Below are positions 25,364-40,720 of a stretch of 64,000 nucleotides of DNA, in pieces. The notes beneath the pieces are model-generated. The model had not been told where the DNA came from and made no database searches. It worked only from the letters and a program-made list of their open reading frames with translations. The position numbers and the translations under genes were made by a program. The stretch's first letter is position 1; the number at the start of each line of letters is the position of its first letter. Source of the DNA: Eledone cirrhosa (taxonomy: Eukaryota); assembly GCA_964016885.1 (NCBI GenBank), contig OZ024740.1, forward strand, positions 54,498,001 through 54,562,000. Reading direction: 5' to 3'.

Positions 25364-25734
25364 TATGTGTGTGTGTGTGTTTTATTCTTGTCTGCATATA
25401 TATAAAAGAGGGAAAGATATGAGATAAACTGACAGACCAATTTCATCGTATTTTCTATTACCAAAACAGTAATTATAAAATTATATTTTATTATTTTTTT
25501 CTATACCTTACTTTTCGAAGTCTTTCTAACAATGGGAAATAACTTATAATTAAATATACCTAATTCAACTATCCAAACAATCATGAAAATTAAATAAACG
25601 CTTCTCTTTCTCTTCCATCATTGGAAAGTTCAGAATTGTTTGATATGAATACACCCCCACCCTATCACCACAGAACCTTTTTTACCATATCGCCTTTCTT
25701 AAGTAAATTTAAATTCTCTGAATTTCATTCAAGA

Positions 25735-25767
<33 letters not shown>

Positions 25768-28700
25768 CTTCTTCTTCTTCACAATTCGTCATTCATCTTT
25801 CATTCGCATGAAACTATATTGCAGAGACTTCAGAATGCTCTAGACATAAAGTAAACGAATAAACACTTTAATACTTTTGGGTGTAAATTGACTGCAAATT
25901 AAAGAAAAGAAACAAAAACAATAACTATGTTACCAGCAAACACTCTTATTCATTATTTCTCTATCTTCTTTTATTTTGTAACAAACAAATCTAAGAGTTT
26001 GTGATAATGTTTTATTTGGTTTTGAAATCCCTTCCCTGCACTTCAATTCCGGAAAATGACCTTAACATAGATATGAATATCAGAAATCATCACATATATG
26101 CTATTAGGATTTTCATAAAATATTGATATCGTGAGAATGTCTATGGCCTTACAACATAATTCTAAAGACTTAATTTTAAATGTATTTTGTCTAAAAATAT
26201 ACGTTTAGAATTGCTATTGAGATATTTTCGAATTTAATTTTATGCTTGTTTCACACTTGAAGGTCCGCAAAACCAACATGGTTGGGTTTTCTCCAGCTTC
26301 AGTGCATTCAACGCAATGCAAATGATATAAGATAGTATATAAACAAACACTTGCAATTAATGATATAATACTACAGAAATGTCAATAATAAGCAATGATA
26401 TTTAACGCAGAGAAATCAATATATATATAATCTCTAAATCGTACCTCATTGTTTTCAAGTCGGTTGTTCTACACAGCTTTGTGTGAGGATCATACCGATG
26501 AGGTTTGTGATTATTTAATTCAGTATAACTTAAACAGGAGTAGCACAAGAAGGATTTATACATACAAAGAGGATCCCCACTAAGAAAACTAATTGAAGCT
26601 AGATAAAGAATTGAATGTGTTGGTGAGAGAGCAAAACACGTAGAAAAATCGTGCATAAATGATACGTAAAAAACAAGATCTGAATGTCATACCAATGATA
26701 GTTGTAAACATGTCTTCTATTACATAGGAAATATAAAGAGAAAAGTAGAAAAAATAAAAATTAAAAGCAGAAAATGTTTTGTTCTGCTACCATACAACAA
26801 CCACAATAATACTCGATGCAGTTACCCAAACCAAAGACATAAACCCTAAAGGTTTCATTATCAGCACGGACCAAAGAATATCTTCAGACTTCAGACAACT
26901 TCAGACACATATGAACATGACCATGTCATTGCCTTTTTACGATAGCACATCAAGTGATAAGCGTTCCAGGTCGGTTTTATGACTGCCATTTGAAGAATAA
27001 ATGAACAATATAAATCAGTAGGCTATCTGTAAAACTGGAATGTTTGACGTGACGCTTAGGACGATGAGAGGCCAAATCCCGTTATACGTCCACGTAATAT
27101 GGCAACAACGGCAGCAGTTATATAAAACCATAAATAATAAAAGAATTCTTATAACAAACGTAACAGAAAAATACACACATGCCAAAAAACTACGAAAGGA
27201 ATAACACATAAAACAAAATCGATAACAATGATCTCCAATCCTAAGGGAGTGGGCATTAACGAATTTCTCAAAAGATATCGATCCCCAGACTTCTGTTGAA
27301 AACCGATGGCGTGAACCTACTGACAAATGAAAACCGATAGTTGATTGCTCTGTTATTTCAGGAATCATGTTAGGAAACTGACCATTTACTGACTTTAACA
27401 CATAGATGGTCACGTCATGAATGTATATATATGTTGGAGTCAGCATAACAGCCTGACCGATTTCTGAATGAATTCTGTTTATTCTATATATAATTGGTAT
27501 TCGGAAAGGAGACTAGGACTTCATTTACACACACACCCGTATGCAGCTAGAATATTATGAGACATTCAAATGGTCCTTATTTCCTCATGTGGTTGCAGTG
27601 ATTTTCAAAAATGTTAGGTGCTCAAAATGGAGAGGATCTTTATCAAAATGGTGACATTTGTACATTGAAGGCAGCCAAGTAACCAGGCATCTTTACGCGT
27701 TTCGAAACTGTCTTATGGACATCTGATTCGTGGGTGTTCGTGGGCAGCTTGAATATCAGCTTAAATGAACATTGGTATTGTGTAGAAATAGGAAATAGAA
27801 GAGGTACGTAACGTCACACAAACGTGTCTAATTTATACAGCACGGATGCCTTTAAAGTGTTCATGTGACATTCGACAAGGCAATTACAGCCATCCGCGTA
27901 GTATTACATTGTATTGTGTGTGTTTCTACAGGAAGCTTGAAAACACACAATATCTATAAATACAAAACGCTTAAAAACGGAGAGCGTGTTACTGTAAATT
28001 GAAATCCTCATTCTCGAATCATACAGACAAAGGTCTATCTAGTCTAACTGGTATGCCGATTCTCAACACCTAGTGGTGACTTTCTTTTAAAGATAAATAT
28101 TAGAGTAGATTTCAGAAGTATAAGCAAATACTTAGCAACATAAACCAGTATATTGGAGAATACTTGAAAATATGTTTGTATATAAAAAGCCAATAATATG
28201 TATTGGAGGGCTTTGTTTGCTACGGTTTTATCTGATATTTATTGCAACTTGTAGACAACAGGAGCATCCCTAATTCTAAGATAGTACCAGGCCCATGTCA
28301 TTGCAGATTTTAAGATTTTAATCAGGGTGATATCAATAGTTTAATTCTTACCTACGGTATTGTTGTTGTTATCGCTCAGACCTTTGCTATTTTAGGCTAA
28401 TCTATTAAGGACAATTTACAGCTGTTTCAGAGGCAGTTGGAAATATATCAATCATTAATGGGGATTGCATTAAGCTCATCTTATTTTGGCCCACTTCTTT
28501 AAAGGTTGCATTACTATTCCGTACACTGACATTTAATTACTATTTTATAGAAAAGAGGACTAACATAATCCAATTTGTTGTTTCAAGTGCAGTTTAGTAT
28601 GGTACACGCCGCAGCACTGGATACTACATATATTGAAGCTACTAACACATTATTGCTTTTGAGAGTACTAGCATAACACACAGCAGAAAATTCTGTCTTC

Positions 28701-28900
28701 TGAACAGAAGACACTACTTTGTTTGATAGAGAGGAATATTCACGGTATGACAGCTGACAAGACAGAGAACTGCACGGATATTTGGCTGGTACTTTATATT
28801 GGCCCCTAAGTAATGAAATACAAAATGGAATTCGATTTCAAACGCAGGAGATCCGGAATAAATATTCAACGTTCTAACGACTCGGCCAAATCGACTGTCG

Positions 28901-29152
28901 ATTGGCAGTATCGGTAGAGGTTCGGACGCCATGCTTTGACGCATAGAGTTACGGCCCTTGCCATTCTGAGTTCAAATCCCGCCGAGGTTAACTTTGCCTT
29001 TCATCCTTACGGGGTCGATAAAATAAAGTACCAGTAATGTACTGGGTAATTTTCTGGCCTTGTGCCAATAGTAGAAACAATTATATATACATGAATAAAG
29101 TACCAGTAATGCACTGGGTATTTGCTGGCCTTGTGCCTAAAGTAGAAACAAT
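28901..29152 (+). mobile_element. tRNA-derived SINE (octopod type) with duplicated 3' tail
   Basis: A-box-like tggcagtatcggtag, B-box gagttcaaatcc, body ttgcctttcatccttacggggtcgataaaataaagtaccag. The tail is repeated at 29095-29152. Confidence 0.85.
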
Positions 29153-29820
29153 TATATATACATGAACACAGACTCCCACATTTATATATATGCGTGTGCT
29201 GGTGTGTGCATGTGTTTATTATATATAAGTTTGTGGCTGTTTGCGTACATATATAGATGACTACGTCAGTCTGTGTGCACATATTCCTTTGTGCATCTGA
29301 CTTTGAGTATGTATGTGTGCGTTTGTCTGTCTGTCGGTATCTCTCTGTATATTTACGTATGAAGTTCTACGTGCATATAAATTCCCCTGTAGGCGATGAA
29401 TGATGTATAATTTACTTATGCCCTACACATAGCATAAAGTTTTTACTTTAATATTTCTTCATAAAATATTTCGTATGGCAAATATTGCTTCAACACCTTC
29501 ATCAATGCTCATTTTATCTAAGTAAACTTTTGCATATTTTCTCTTTCTTTCTCTTTACGTAATTAACTTATAAAATCATGTTGAATATAAAAACAATGCG
29601 CAACATGTTTGGCTACAATTTCAGAACTATTCCGAATAAATATTTTGCACACAGAATGATCACAAATTAATATATATATAGTGCAAGAACTAATTATATA
29701 GACATAATCATAGACCCATGGTACAAAGCAAATGTTGGTACATTATAATTACAAACGAGCTTTCATATCCTTAATATTCAAACGTTACATGATAGACACA
29801 ATGAGAATATAATGTGAATG

Positions 29821-29872
<52 letters not shown>

Positions 29873-30631
29873 AATGTATGTATGTGTGTAGGTGTATGTA
29901 TGTATGCATGTAGGTATGTATGTATATATATATGTACGTGTATATGTATGTGTGAATGTATATATGTATATATATATACTTTGTCTTCCGCTGCTATTCT
30001 TCTACAAATTCAACATAAAATGTCGTTTAAGAGTTACTTCGCCTGGACATAATATATATATATATATATATATATAATAATGGTAGTAGTTTCTCATGTT
30101 TTTACATGAACTAAGAAATATGGATTGAATAGACATGTCTGTGTGTTTGTGTATGTTTCAGAAGAGAAAGAAAGAAAGCTATACCATACAGAAATGCTAG
30201 TGTTTTCCAGGGGTAATAGGGAATATGGATTGGATTTTTTATATATCTTCAGCGATAATTACTACTTGCAAATTTAAGGATAAGGAAATAGCACATCATA
30301 ATGCTAATTTATTTTCTACACGTTTAGAGTTGCATTATCTAATAATATATGTTTCGTAATTAAGTAATTATGCATAATTTGGAAGATATTACCTTCTGGG
30401 GACAATAATGTTCATATTTATCAACATAGTAACAATGTTAATATACATTTTATATAATAAAGTTGTATTCTCCAATGAAAGTACATTTGCGATTATTTAT
30501 TAAAACCAAGATCAAATTCTGATATAAAATATTTTGTATTTTAAAGATTTATTTTTTGCTTTTTTATACTATTTTGTTTATATTTTTGTTATTTTTGTTG
30601 TTGTTGTTGTTATTATTATTATTATTATTGT

Positions 30632-30664
<33 letters not shown>

Positions 30665-30935
30665 TATTATTATTATTATTATTATTATTCTTATTATTAT
30701 TATTATATTGCTGAAGGTATCGTTTTGGTGGAATTTATTATCATTTTCCTTATTTCTTCTTTTTTTATGAATCTACAATGAATCCTAATTAAAGGAAAAT
30801 ATAATTCTATTTAGGAACTATTCATTTCGAGTAAAGTAAACCTATTAAGTTTCTCCGTTTGTACTCAACGTAAGAAGTCCGGAAGGATTCGAAGCTTATG
30901 ATATATACTCATGAAAAAATATAAATTAATCAAAT

Positions 30936-30986
<51 letters not shown>

Positions 30987-31324
30987 AATCGCCTGAGATA
31001 TAAAATGTAATTTTATTATATAATGATACTTAATCAAATAAATACATACTTTAATAATGAAATCATCTAATCTGAAAAAAATATTTTCCCATTTTCAACA
31101 AATAATGACTATGCGCAGGTAATATATTTCGTATTACATATGACCATATTTTTCAGATTATTTACAAGTGAAAGTATTTCAAATGTTTAATATGTTATTT
31201 CCTCGGTGGTCTCACTGCTAGAGATGTGTACATAATACTTACGTTGACTCGAACTAAGAAACTTCATTTCGTAACTAAGAAGGGCGGTGATCTTATACAA
31301 TAAGCCATTAACGTATGTATAACA

Positions 31325-31784
31325 AGAATAAAACACATGATGAATTTAAAATATACAACTCGTATTTGAATTTGTTTTGCGAGATTTCTTATCTGAAAAC
31401 GTGTGTTGAAACAGATATTGTTATACTTTGGGAGGGTCATGCTGCCAATAAAAACACACGCACCTGTTGTTTTTCCCTTCAATGTATTATAAGATTCTGG
31501 TTGGTTGGTTGGTTTGTTCGATAACCGGAAGGTTGCTTATATCTTGTCAAAGCCCTTTCGTTATACATTCTGTGACCTCAGTGACTTGGTTTTATTTTGT
31601 GTCTCTCCTTTGTTCTGTCCACCACCATCTATAAAGGAAAGATATAAAATAAAAACCTGAGGTCACAGAATGTGTGACGAATGAGCTTTGACATTTTATA
31701 AACAACCTTTCGGAAACTTATAATAAATTGAAGTGAAAACCAACAGGTGCCTGTGTTTTTATTGGCAGCATGACCCTCCTAAAG

Positions 31785-31790
<6 letters not shown>
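31325..31790. mobile_element. Mini-element with nested inverted segments; family copies at 39595-39816 and 63297-63550
   Basis: 31421-31483 pairs with 31727-31789, and 31526-31580 with 31655-31714. Shared ttatactttgggagggtcatg.tgccaataa. Confidence 0.7.
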
Positions 31791-31817
<27 letters not shown>

Positions 31818-31820
<3 letters not shown>

Positions 31821-32007
31821 TGTTTCTACTTTAGGCACAAGGCCAGCAAATTACCCAGTGCATTACTGGTACTTTATTTTATCGACCCCGTAAGGATGAA
31901 AGGCAAAGTTAACCTCGGCGGGATTTGAACTCAGATCGTAAAGGGACGTAACTCAGCTGGAAAGCATGGCGTCCGACCCTCTACCGATACTGCCAATCCA
32001 CCGCCCT
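31818..32007 (-). mobile_element. tRNA-derived SINE, same family as 28901
   Basis: Reverse complement of the SINE from the gggcggtggattggcag head to an (ATT)n tail. Confidence 0.85.
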
Positions 32008-32017
32008 AATAATAATA

Positions 32018-32711
<694 letters not shown>

Positions 32712-32713
<2 letters not shown>

Positions 32714-33815
32714 TTGATTTGTTTTGCAACGTTTTTGATATTAAATCGTGTGTCGAAACAAATATTGTTATATTTGGGGAGGTATCATATAATATTGTCA
32801 GAAAAATAACAGAACACACTCACTATTTGGTTGGTTTTCGCTTCTGTATCTTTTATACCTCCGTAGTTAATTCATTTGGCCATCAATGTTTATCACTGAC
32901 TGACCAACGGTCAAAAATATATATAAATACATATATATAGTTTAACAAAGTTCTTTTGCTGCACATCTGCAACATCATCAGTGGTACTATTATCATGTTT
33001 TCCTCTGCTGTATTGTATGTATTGTAGTGTCTACGCCATTTTTACTTTAAAATAAAAATGGCGTAGACACTACAATATATGTATAATTATATCTGTGTTC
33101 ATCCCTCTCATATATCCAATTATATTACACGGCTCGGAAAGATTCCCTTTTTTGAGCTATTTAATTTTAAAAGACCATTTTGAGTTTCCAACTCAATCTA
33201 TGATATTCTCAGCTCCTTATGTAGAGCTAACTTTAGTCTCAAAACTGGCTGCTATTTTAGTTCACTCTTCTTAGATCCTTTGAAGTGAAAAGTACGAATT
33301 TTACTGGATACCCGCAGAAGAGCACAGGAATTCTGGCTTTCACCTAATGATTCTTGCGAAACAGATTTAGGTCTGTCCGGGTATCAATGTCTATTGACAG
33401 ATATAGGTTTGTTATTTCTATTGATTTATTACTTTAAATCGAATCAGGCAAACCTTATTATTTTAAATTAGTATTTTGTCAACCTAGCTAACTTGGTTAT
33501 TTGTAATTCGAACACATGTATACTTGTATCGGTGTTAATCCCTCTCATATATCCAATTATATTACACGGCTAGGAAAGATTCCCTTCTTTAAGCTATTTA
33601 ATTGTAAAAGACTATTTTGAGTTTCTAACTCAATCTATGCTATGCATTTATATCTGTATTTTTGACCGTTGGTCAGTCAGTGATAAACATTGATGGCCAA
33701 ATGAATTAACTATGGAGATATAAAAGATACAGAAGCGAAAACCAACCAAATAGTGAGTGTGTTCTGTTATTTTTTCTGGCAATATTATTACAACAATATG
33801 ACCCTCCCCAAGTAT
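32712..33815. mobile_element. Composite of mini-elements with inverted and direct segments; related copy at 55037-55325
   Basis: 32790-32920 is inverted at 33655-33790. Hairpin at 33021-33075. 437-bp direct repeat at 33101/33538. Confidence 0.7.
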
Positions 33816-34009
33816 ATATATATATATATATATAGTGACGAAACATAAGTCTATATGTATATATATATAAGCAAAAGGGATATTTAATTTATTGGTAATT
33901 CAGCAAATAAATATATTTATAACTGATTCGAAGCACTCGACTGGTTTTCTGGAGATAATATCAATGATATTAATAAATGGAAACTATATTTATAAAACCA
34001 TATTTATTC

Positions 34010-35640
34010 TATTATATATATTTCAAGGGTACCAAAACTTTGTTACGGGCTCATCAGATAAAATACAAAGTTTGTTTTATAAATATTGACATATCCACAA
34101 AGGAGATCTTAATGGTTCAATTTTTCTTGGATAGTGAAAGGAAAGAGGGGAAAGAGAGGAAAAGTCAAATATTTTAAATTATTAAGATGAATATACAAAT
34201 AAGGTTCAGGTATAGGGCTGAAAAAAACCCATTATTTTTAGACACTAGGTAGATTTAAATAATTATATGTATGTGTACAAAGAAGAAAGAGAAAGAAAGA
34301 AAAGCTTGTATTTACGTGAATTTAAAAAGAATTAACAGTTTGTAGGAATGGTGGAATATGATTCCAGAATTAAAAATAATATTTAGCTATATTATGAGTT
34401 ATAATATTATATATATATAATCAGTTAGATTATATGAAGAATTATGGTTGTAAGTACATTTTATCTTATATTACAACAGCTTGTAAGTATATAAATCTCT
34501 ATATAGATTAATAAGTGTGCAAGTATAAGTATTATTGGTGATTTTATAGAAATAGAACACACGTATTAATTGTTTACATTTCTAATATGAGTTACGAAGG
34601 ACGTTAATTTTTCATTCTACATAAATATTTAAGAAAAAGACGTAGTTCAAGTTGTAAGAGAAGAACAATTTGTAGATTCAAATATGTTCATCCAACATTG
34701 AAGATGGTTTCAGAACATTGTTAATTTAGCGAAATTATATAATTTATGATACAAGTTATTATGTCTATGTTTGCTCAATTGTAAAGGAAAAGATAACTCC
34801 AATATTATTTGCTAACCATTAAATTTGATGAATGATTTTCTTAGAAAGTATGCAGAGAAAATTATATATTATTTTGTGTGAATTTATAAGGTATTTTATA
34901 TTATATGTTTTTCAAGGATGAGAATTTCTAATACATATTATCTACGTCGAAAGATGTGTGAAAAGTTTGAAGATTAAAAACAGGAAAAATGTATTATTAG
35001 ATAAGTCAAGAGTGCATTTAGAAGAATTATCGTAAAGAGGATATCTTTCAGAATGTCAATTAAAAAGTATCAATCTAAATCTAAAAAATAGATTAAGAGG
35101 AGTATCATTAGGAAAAGAATATCAATTCGTGAAAATACTAAATTTAAAAAGGAAGATCATTTAAAAATTAAAATGTTTTTAAAAGAAAACCTCAGTAAAT
35201 AATAGCATCATTTTAAAGGCGTATAAGATGTAGTCAATGATAATGAATATTATAGATTAAAAATACTTCGGAAAGTGGATTTTTGGTGATGTCTGCAAGA
35301 ACAAAATAATTCTATCTTTAAATTAATAGAGTTTTTGACAGTTAATTATATAAAAAATTTCCTCGATAAACAAATGACAGATACTTGAGAAAGCCATATT
35401 TCGGTATGCAGGTGTTTTCGAAATCGTTCCCCAAGATATTGAATAGTCTATATTGTTGTCCTTTAAATTCCAAATTAGATGAAATGGAAGATGTTTTATC
35501 GGACCTGTTTAATGTATGTTTGTGGTTGTACAGCGTTCTTTGAATTTTGTAGAAATGGCACCTATATAGTTAAATATTTTGTCTCTAGAATATATATATA
35601 TTATCAAGTAACGACACAGCCCATTGTTCCTTCTATAAAT
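34010..35640 (-). pseudogene. Decayed PLE 3' part (GIY-YIG C-terminus plus long AT-rich 3' region)
   Basis: Minus strand at about 35600-35330 reads NYIGAISTKFKER, NHKHTLN and WNLKDNNIDYSISW (frameshifted). A CTGATGA...GAAA remnant lies at about 34060-34020. Confidence 0.55.
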
Positions 35641-35771
35641 ATATATATTAGGATTGGTGCTATTTAAATAGATGTATACATGAATGGCAATATGGTTAAT
35701 TAAAACATTTAGAAGAACATACGATATCGGTTTTAAAGTAGTGACTATGTCACTTACTTCTTTTCAGCGAA

Positions 35772-36031
35772 AGAAGGGAGAGAAGCTAACAGTCTGTTTC
35801 ACGCTGGTTGGTAATCATCAGAGCCACGCACCCCTGCTTCCGCCGAAAATTATAGAAGATGGATTCTAATACCTAATTTCTGCTGGACCGGCAATCGCTC
35901 TGCAGAATCAGATCCTGATTACTGGAATTCTAAAAGAATCCAGCTCCTATAATTTTCAGCCGAAGCAGGAGGTGCGTGGCTCTGACGATCACCAACCAGC
36001 GTTAAACAGACTGTTATCTTCTCTCCCTTCT
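35772..36031. mobile_element. Fold-back mini-element with an HHR-like motif in each arm
   Basis: Arms 35772-35868 and 35933-36031. Left arm minus strand reads ggct CTGATGA ttaccaaccagcgt GAAA cagactg TT agct; stem II is weak. Confidence 0.65.
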
Positions 36032-36297
36032 TTCACCGAATGTATTCTATACATACATATATACATATATATATTAAAGATTTTACACACGTATTTTTGA
36101 CGCTCAAGGCGCTTAAAAACTCAATTTTTCAGAATCACAAATATGCCTTGCTGTGTGTATATATTACAAAGAGTCAGAGACCAACGGCTTAGCTCTTGAA
36201 GTTTCGACTGCTAATTGTAGTTTGGAATTATCTGTCGAAACGTCAAGATCTCGGCCACCAGGAGCGATTCTTTCTAATATAAATATATATATATATA

Positions 36298-36376
<79 letters not shown>

Positions 36377-36462
36377 GTAGGAGGTGAGTTTTATTGTAGT
36401 ACAATAAAGCAATGCAGATATCGGATAAGAAGCACTCTACAGTTTGTAGGACTGGAGTATAC

Positions 36463-36756
36463 ATAATATATAAGATCAAAAGATGGTTAAAGGAGTTCCA
36501 TGTATTTTATTATGCGCATTTCAAAAACAAACATCATCATGCAATAATATTTGTGTTTTCATCAGATAAAACAGGAGGACATGATATGAAGGCTAAAAAA
36601 CACTTGTGGATAGTGCAGTTTTAAATCAACATATGATTATCCTCCTGTTTTATCTGATGAAAACACAAATATTATTGCATGATGATGTTTGTTTTTGAAA
36701 TGCGCATAATAAAATACATGGAACTCCTTTAACCCTCTTTTGATCTTATATATTAT
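36463..36756. repeat. Inverted repeat, arms about 115 bp
   Basis: taatatataagatcaaa...aacaggagga pairs with tcctcctgtt...tatatta. Confidence 0.85.
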
Positions 36757-36782
36757 ATATATATATTTATATATATATATAT

Positions 36783-36967
36783 AGCTTCACCGTGTTTTTG
36801 ACTAAAGGAATTTTAGCCTGATAATGGGGTTTAGAACCCTCAGATAAATGGAAAATGATGAGTATTGACGTACATCTACGTCAATACTCATCTTTTACCA
36901 TTTATGTGAGGGTTCTAAACCCCATTATCAGGCTAAAATTCCTTTAGTAAAAAATACGGTGAAAGCT
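36783..36967. repeat. Inverted repeat, arms about 88 bp, 4-nt loop
   Basis: Centred on ttgacgta-catc-tacgtcaa. Its 3' tail (36972-37021) recurs inverted at 43547-43596. Confidence 0.85.
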
Positions 36968-37017
36968 ATTCTATTTTCTAATTTCAAACCTGCTCACTGT
37001 TTCAAAACATTCTTACT

Positions 37018-37075
<58 letters not shown>

Positions 37076-39580
37076 TAGCAGAAGTACCCGGCGTTACCCG
37101 GGTGTAAGTCGACCATAGGTCTGTTAGAATGTGTGAAAGTTACTTCCCGCGCATCACAGGTTAAAATCTTCGAACTTCAATGGAAAAAAATAGGTTAGTA
37201 GACACAGGTGTGTAATTTATTAATTGTAGTTACACAGTGTATCGTTGAAATTGTTCTCTGCACGACTGACGGAAGTCAAAATCGCTTGTTATTGCATGTT
37301 CAGTTAATTTAAAGCAGGGTGAAAATGTCGATTACTTTCAGGGTTTTTTTTTTTACAATTTTTGTGCTCACATGTGCAGAAGAAGAATTAAAAGGGCCTT
37401 TATCTTAACCGCGGCATAATGGCGAGTGTTTTGTGACAGTTTTCAAGAATATAGGACGTTCCTGTAAAAAGTTTTCCCATGTGTAACTTTGCCTTGTTTT
37501 TTTGCGCAAAGTCGAGCCCCGCTTCAGTTTTATTGATTGTTTACATCAATGCGTGATCTCTGAAGTAGATTTGAGTAGCTAAAAACCTGTCCGGGTAAAT
37601 TTGCTATAGGTGAAAAAAAGTTGATCAAAATTGTATCTAGGGTTATTGCCCTTTGCCACAGCCTCAATCCTCGTCTGACGGGATGTTGGTGATTCCTCCG
37701 TCAGCGCTTGTTGGCGACGAAGGCGAACATCAGCAAGACTTGTCGTACGTGATGTTGGTGACTCAACCAGCCGGGAAAGACGTCTATCAGCGAGTTGAGA
37801 TTCGCGCTCAGCAGGTGTTTCCTAGGGAAAATTAATTAATTCTACTGGTTAGCTAAGCCAATGGCAGTGTCAATAGTAAATGAGAAAAGTCTAACATGAA
37901 CAAAAGGGAATCAAGGTAAGACAATAAATTTAATATAACTACGATTAGAATGTTGTAGTTGCTTAAAAGTGGTGACAGTTAGGATAAACGCAGTACTTGC
38001 TAACATTAAGGGAGAATATTGCATAAAGGATTAATCAATTGTGAATGAACTCATACCTGAGAACGCCTAATTCGTTGTCTCAAAGCAATAGCTGTACCTT
38101 TTTTGGAGGTAAGTCTTGAACGTTTCCGTGTGGGCATAACGACGTGTAACGAAGCTGTTAGGTTAGAGAGAGGTGATTAAATACAGAGAGAGATGACAAC
38201 AGATTCGTTAGCATGGTTACTGGTGAATGGGAAGGTTTGGAAATATGATTACAATAACTTACCGAATTTTCCCGTCTATAAATTGCACTTAAAATAATTA
38301 AATTTAATCAAAAAACAGCTCTGCGCTTTATACTCCGGTGAGCCTTATGTATAAATAATACAATGGTAATCAATCACGGCTCTAACAGAAGTAATAGATC
38401 TAGACTAAAAGTAAAGAAGATAGCATTTTCTGGTTGGCCTTACACGCCGTTGCGCGGACCTGATTTTAAATGATACGCCTTATATCCTGGTGAGCCTTAT
38501 AGAGCGGAAAATATCTATTGGAAAAGAATACGAATTCATGACCAAGGTGTGACAAAATAGGCGTCTATACAGCGCCTGAAACAAACTTGTCCAAAACCCT
38601 AGGAGTTTTCTCGTTAAGTATCCACCCAAAAGGAACCGTTTTTTAGTTACAAAAAATAACCAAAGTGTATAGTAGCTATATTTCTGACATATCATGCCAA
38701 AAAGAACAATATATTCAAAAAATGTTCTAAAGAACATTCAATTTCTCGTTTTGACCGATATCTTAATAAGCAAGTTATCGATTTTTTATTGGCTGTCAGT
38801 GTCTATCTGCATGCAGTTGTGCACGTGTGCGCAATTAATTGCAAATACGCTCATAACATTTAGTCGTAGCAGAACAAAAAATGCCATTAGAGGTGTGCTA
38901 ATAATAAGACACAAACCCTGGTGAACTTACGTTTAAACACCCGAAAAGTTACTCACTTCCTGTGCAAAAGTCTCTATTATAAACTAATTAATTTTTTAGA
39001 ATCTTTTGTTTAAAAAAGAAAAACATTGGTACGACGTAAATTTTTTTACTTGTATTGTATGTGTACAACACAACTTGGTCAAGGTATTATTTAGTAATTT
39101 TTTTTCAAAAAGCATGATTATTTAAGAATGTTTGAACATTTACTCACAGCTTTTAGGTTCACAAAAGACACCATTAAATTTGGTTCCCTTTTCAGATAGG
39201 GATAATACTGTATTTCCACTTGAATAAGGTGTAATATGAAAAGAAACTCTTTAATGGTCGGTCGTTTACTGAGACAGCTGGGAAGACATGCAGCTGGCCG
39301 TCCAATCAATAACGCACGTCCTTATATGGGCATATGAAATTTATTTTTATTGCGCCAGATGTAAACTAAGAGTTCATGTGTTCGAATTCACATAAAATTT
39401 CATTGGAATCGAAAATCATTCTGTCATAGGGCCCGATTATCGATTTTTCGAAAATTTCAAGTAGCCTATTCCACTCTACGCGTTGAGTTTTATATATGTG
39501 TGAGGTTTCATGAAAATTGGATGAACGGTGTAGCAGGCATGTTCGGTACACTAAACAATGTCCATCTTCCCTTTATATAT
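37076..39580 (-). mobile_element. Internally deleted, decayed Helitron
   Basis: Minus-strand 3' end acccgggtaacgccgggt-acttctg-CTAG followed by T. Remnants of Rep-Hel N-terminal motifs (RLRRQQALTEESPTSRQTRIE, KQGKV, FNSSSAHVS, SPCFKL) at 37300-37800. Typical TATATAAAG 5' region near 39575. Confidence 0.7.
38269..38517. mobile_element. Tc1/mariner-superfamily (Tc2/pogo-like) MITE nested in the Helitron
   Basis: Imperfect TIRs taccgaattttcccgtctataa and ttatagagcggaaaata; subterminal repeats cc.ggtgagccttat. Confidence 0.55.
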
Positions 39581-39819
39581 ATATATATATAAATATATCG
39601 TTTCTGAATTTGTTTAGCAAGATTCTTTATCTGAAATCGTGTGTTGAAACCGATATTGTTATACTTTGGGAGGGTCATGTTGCCAATAAGAAACACACGC
39701 ACCAGTTGCTTTCACTTCAATTTAATTTAATATATATTTATAAATTTACAAATTTATAAATTTCTGGTTGGTTGTGGAACCAACCAACCAACCAGAAATT
39801 TATAAATTTGTAAATTTTC

Positions 39820-40720
39820 AATCTACTATGGATTTTAGTAATACAAAATATTTAGATATCCTAAGAAAAATACGAACACGACATTAGAAATTGACATATA
39901 TTTCAAACCTATATATATCCATAGCAACGTAGCAACATCTCTTTTAACTTATTCGAACCAAGATTTACAATAGTCGTAAACGCAGTAATCGGATACTACA
40001 GAATGAGAGACATGAAACAAATACCTCCCAAGCGAAAATATCTTCAGAATTTAAACAACAATAGTATCCAAAAATACAAGTCAAATCAATATCCAAGCAA
40101 TCCAAGAAACAAAAGCAATACAAGAAAAACGGTAATGCCATACATTTCAACTTTCAATCCAAAGAAGACAGTGATATACACAATACACAACTAAACTTAC
40201 TTATATTACTAAAGAACAAGTAAATGAAAAATGTCTTATAAAAGGTATCCGACAACCAACGTCAATAAAAAAATTACTAACGAATGCAAAATTTCAAACC
40301 GCTACCAAAGAACCTGAAATAAAATAGGTGCAATCGAACTTTCTGCGGAGTATGCAACTACCTGTTAGAAGGCAATGAATTAAATTTTAATAACGGTCCA
40401 TCTTTAAAATAAAAAATGAACTCTTTTGCAACTCGGAGAATCTAATATACTTTATAATGTGTAAGGCTGCCACGAAAATTATGTTGGGCAAACAAAAACT
40501 TCACACTGGAGAGGAATGACAGTGCATTGTCAACGAATTAGAGACCCACGCACAGAGAAAGATCTCTCTAAGGTAATATATAAAGGAATTTGGAGTACAA
40601 ATTCCGCCGAATTTCCATGTCTTCCCATTCTAACAGTGTAGTGAATATTTCACACAGGAAATGCGTATAAAAAAAGGAGGATTTTTCATAAGTGAAATCG
40701 CCGTTGGGATCCTGAATCAT
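39820..40720 (+). pseudogene. Decayed PLE (Neptune-like Cys linker) RT thumb plus GIY-YIG
   Basis: IDIYFKP, PYISTFNP, RQPTSIKKLLTNAKF, CNRTFCGVCNYL and CNSENLIYFIMC..CHENYVGQT, with many frameshifts. Confidence 0.75.

Noticed and set aside
26400-28700. Possible host exons or DNA-transposon relic (e.g. ORF 27015-27446)
   Set aside because: No recognisable protein motif or supportable splice structure by eye.
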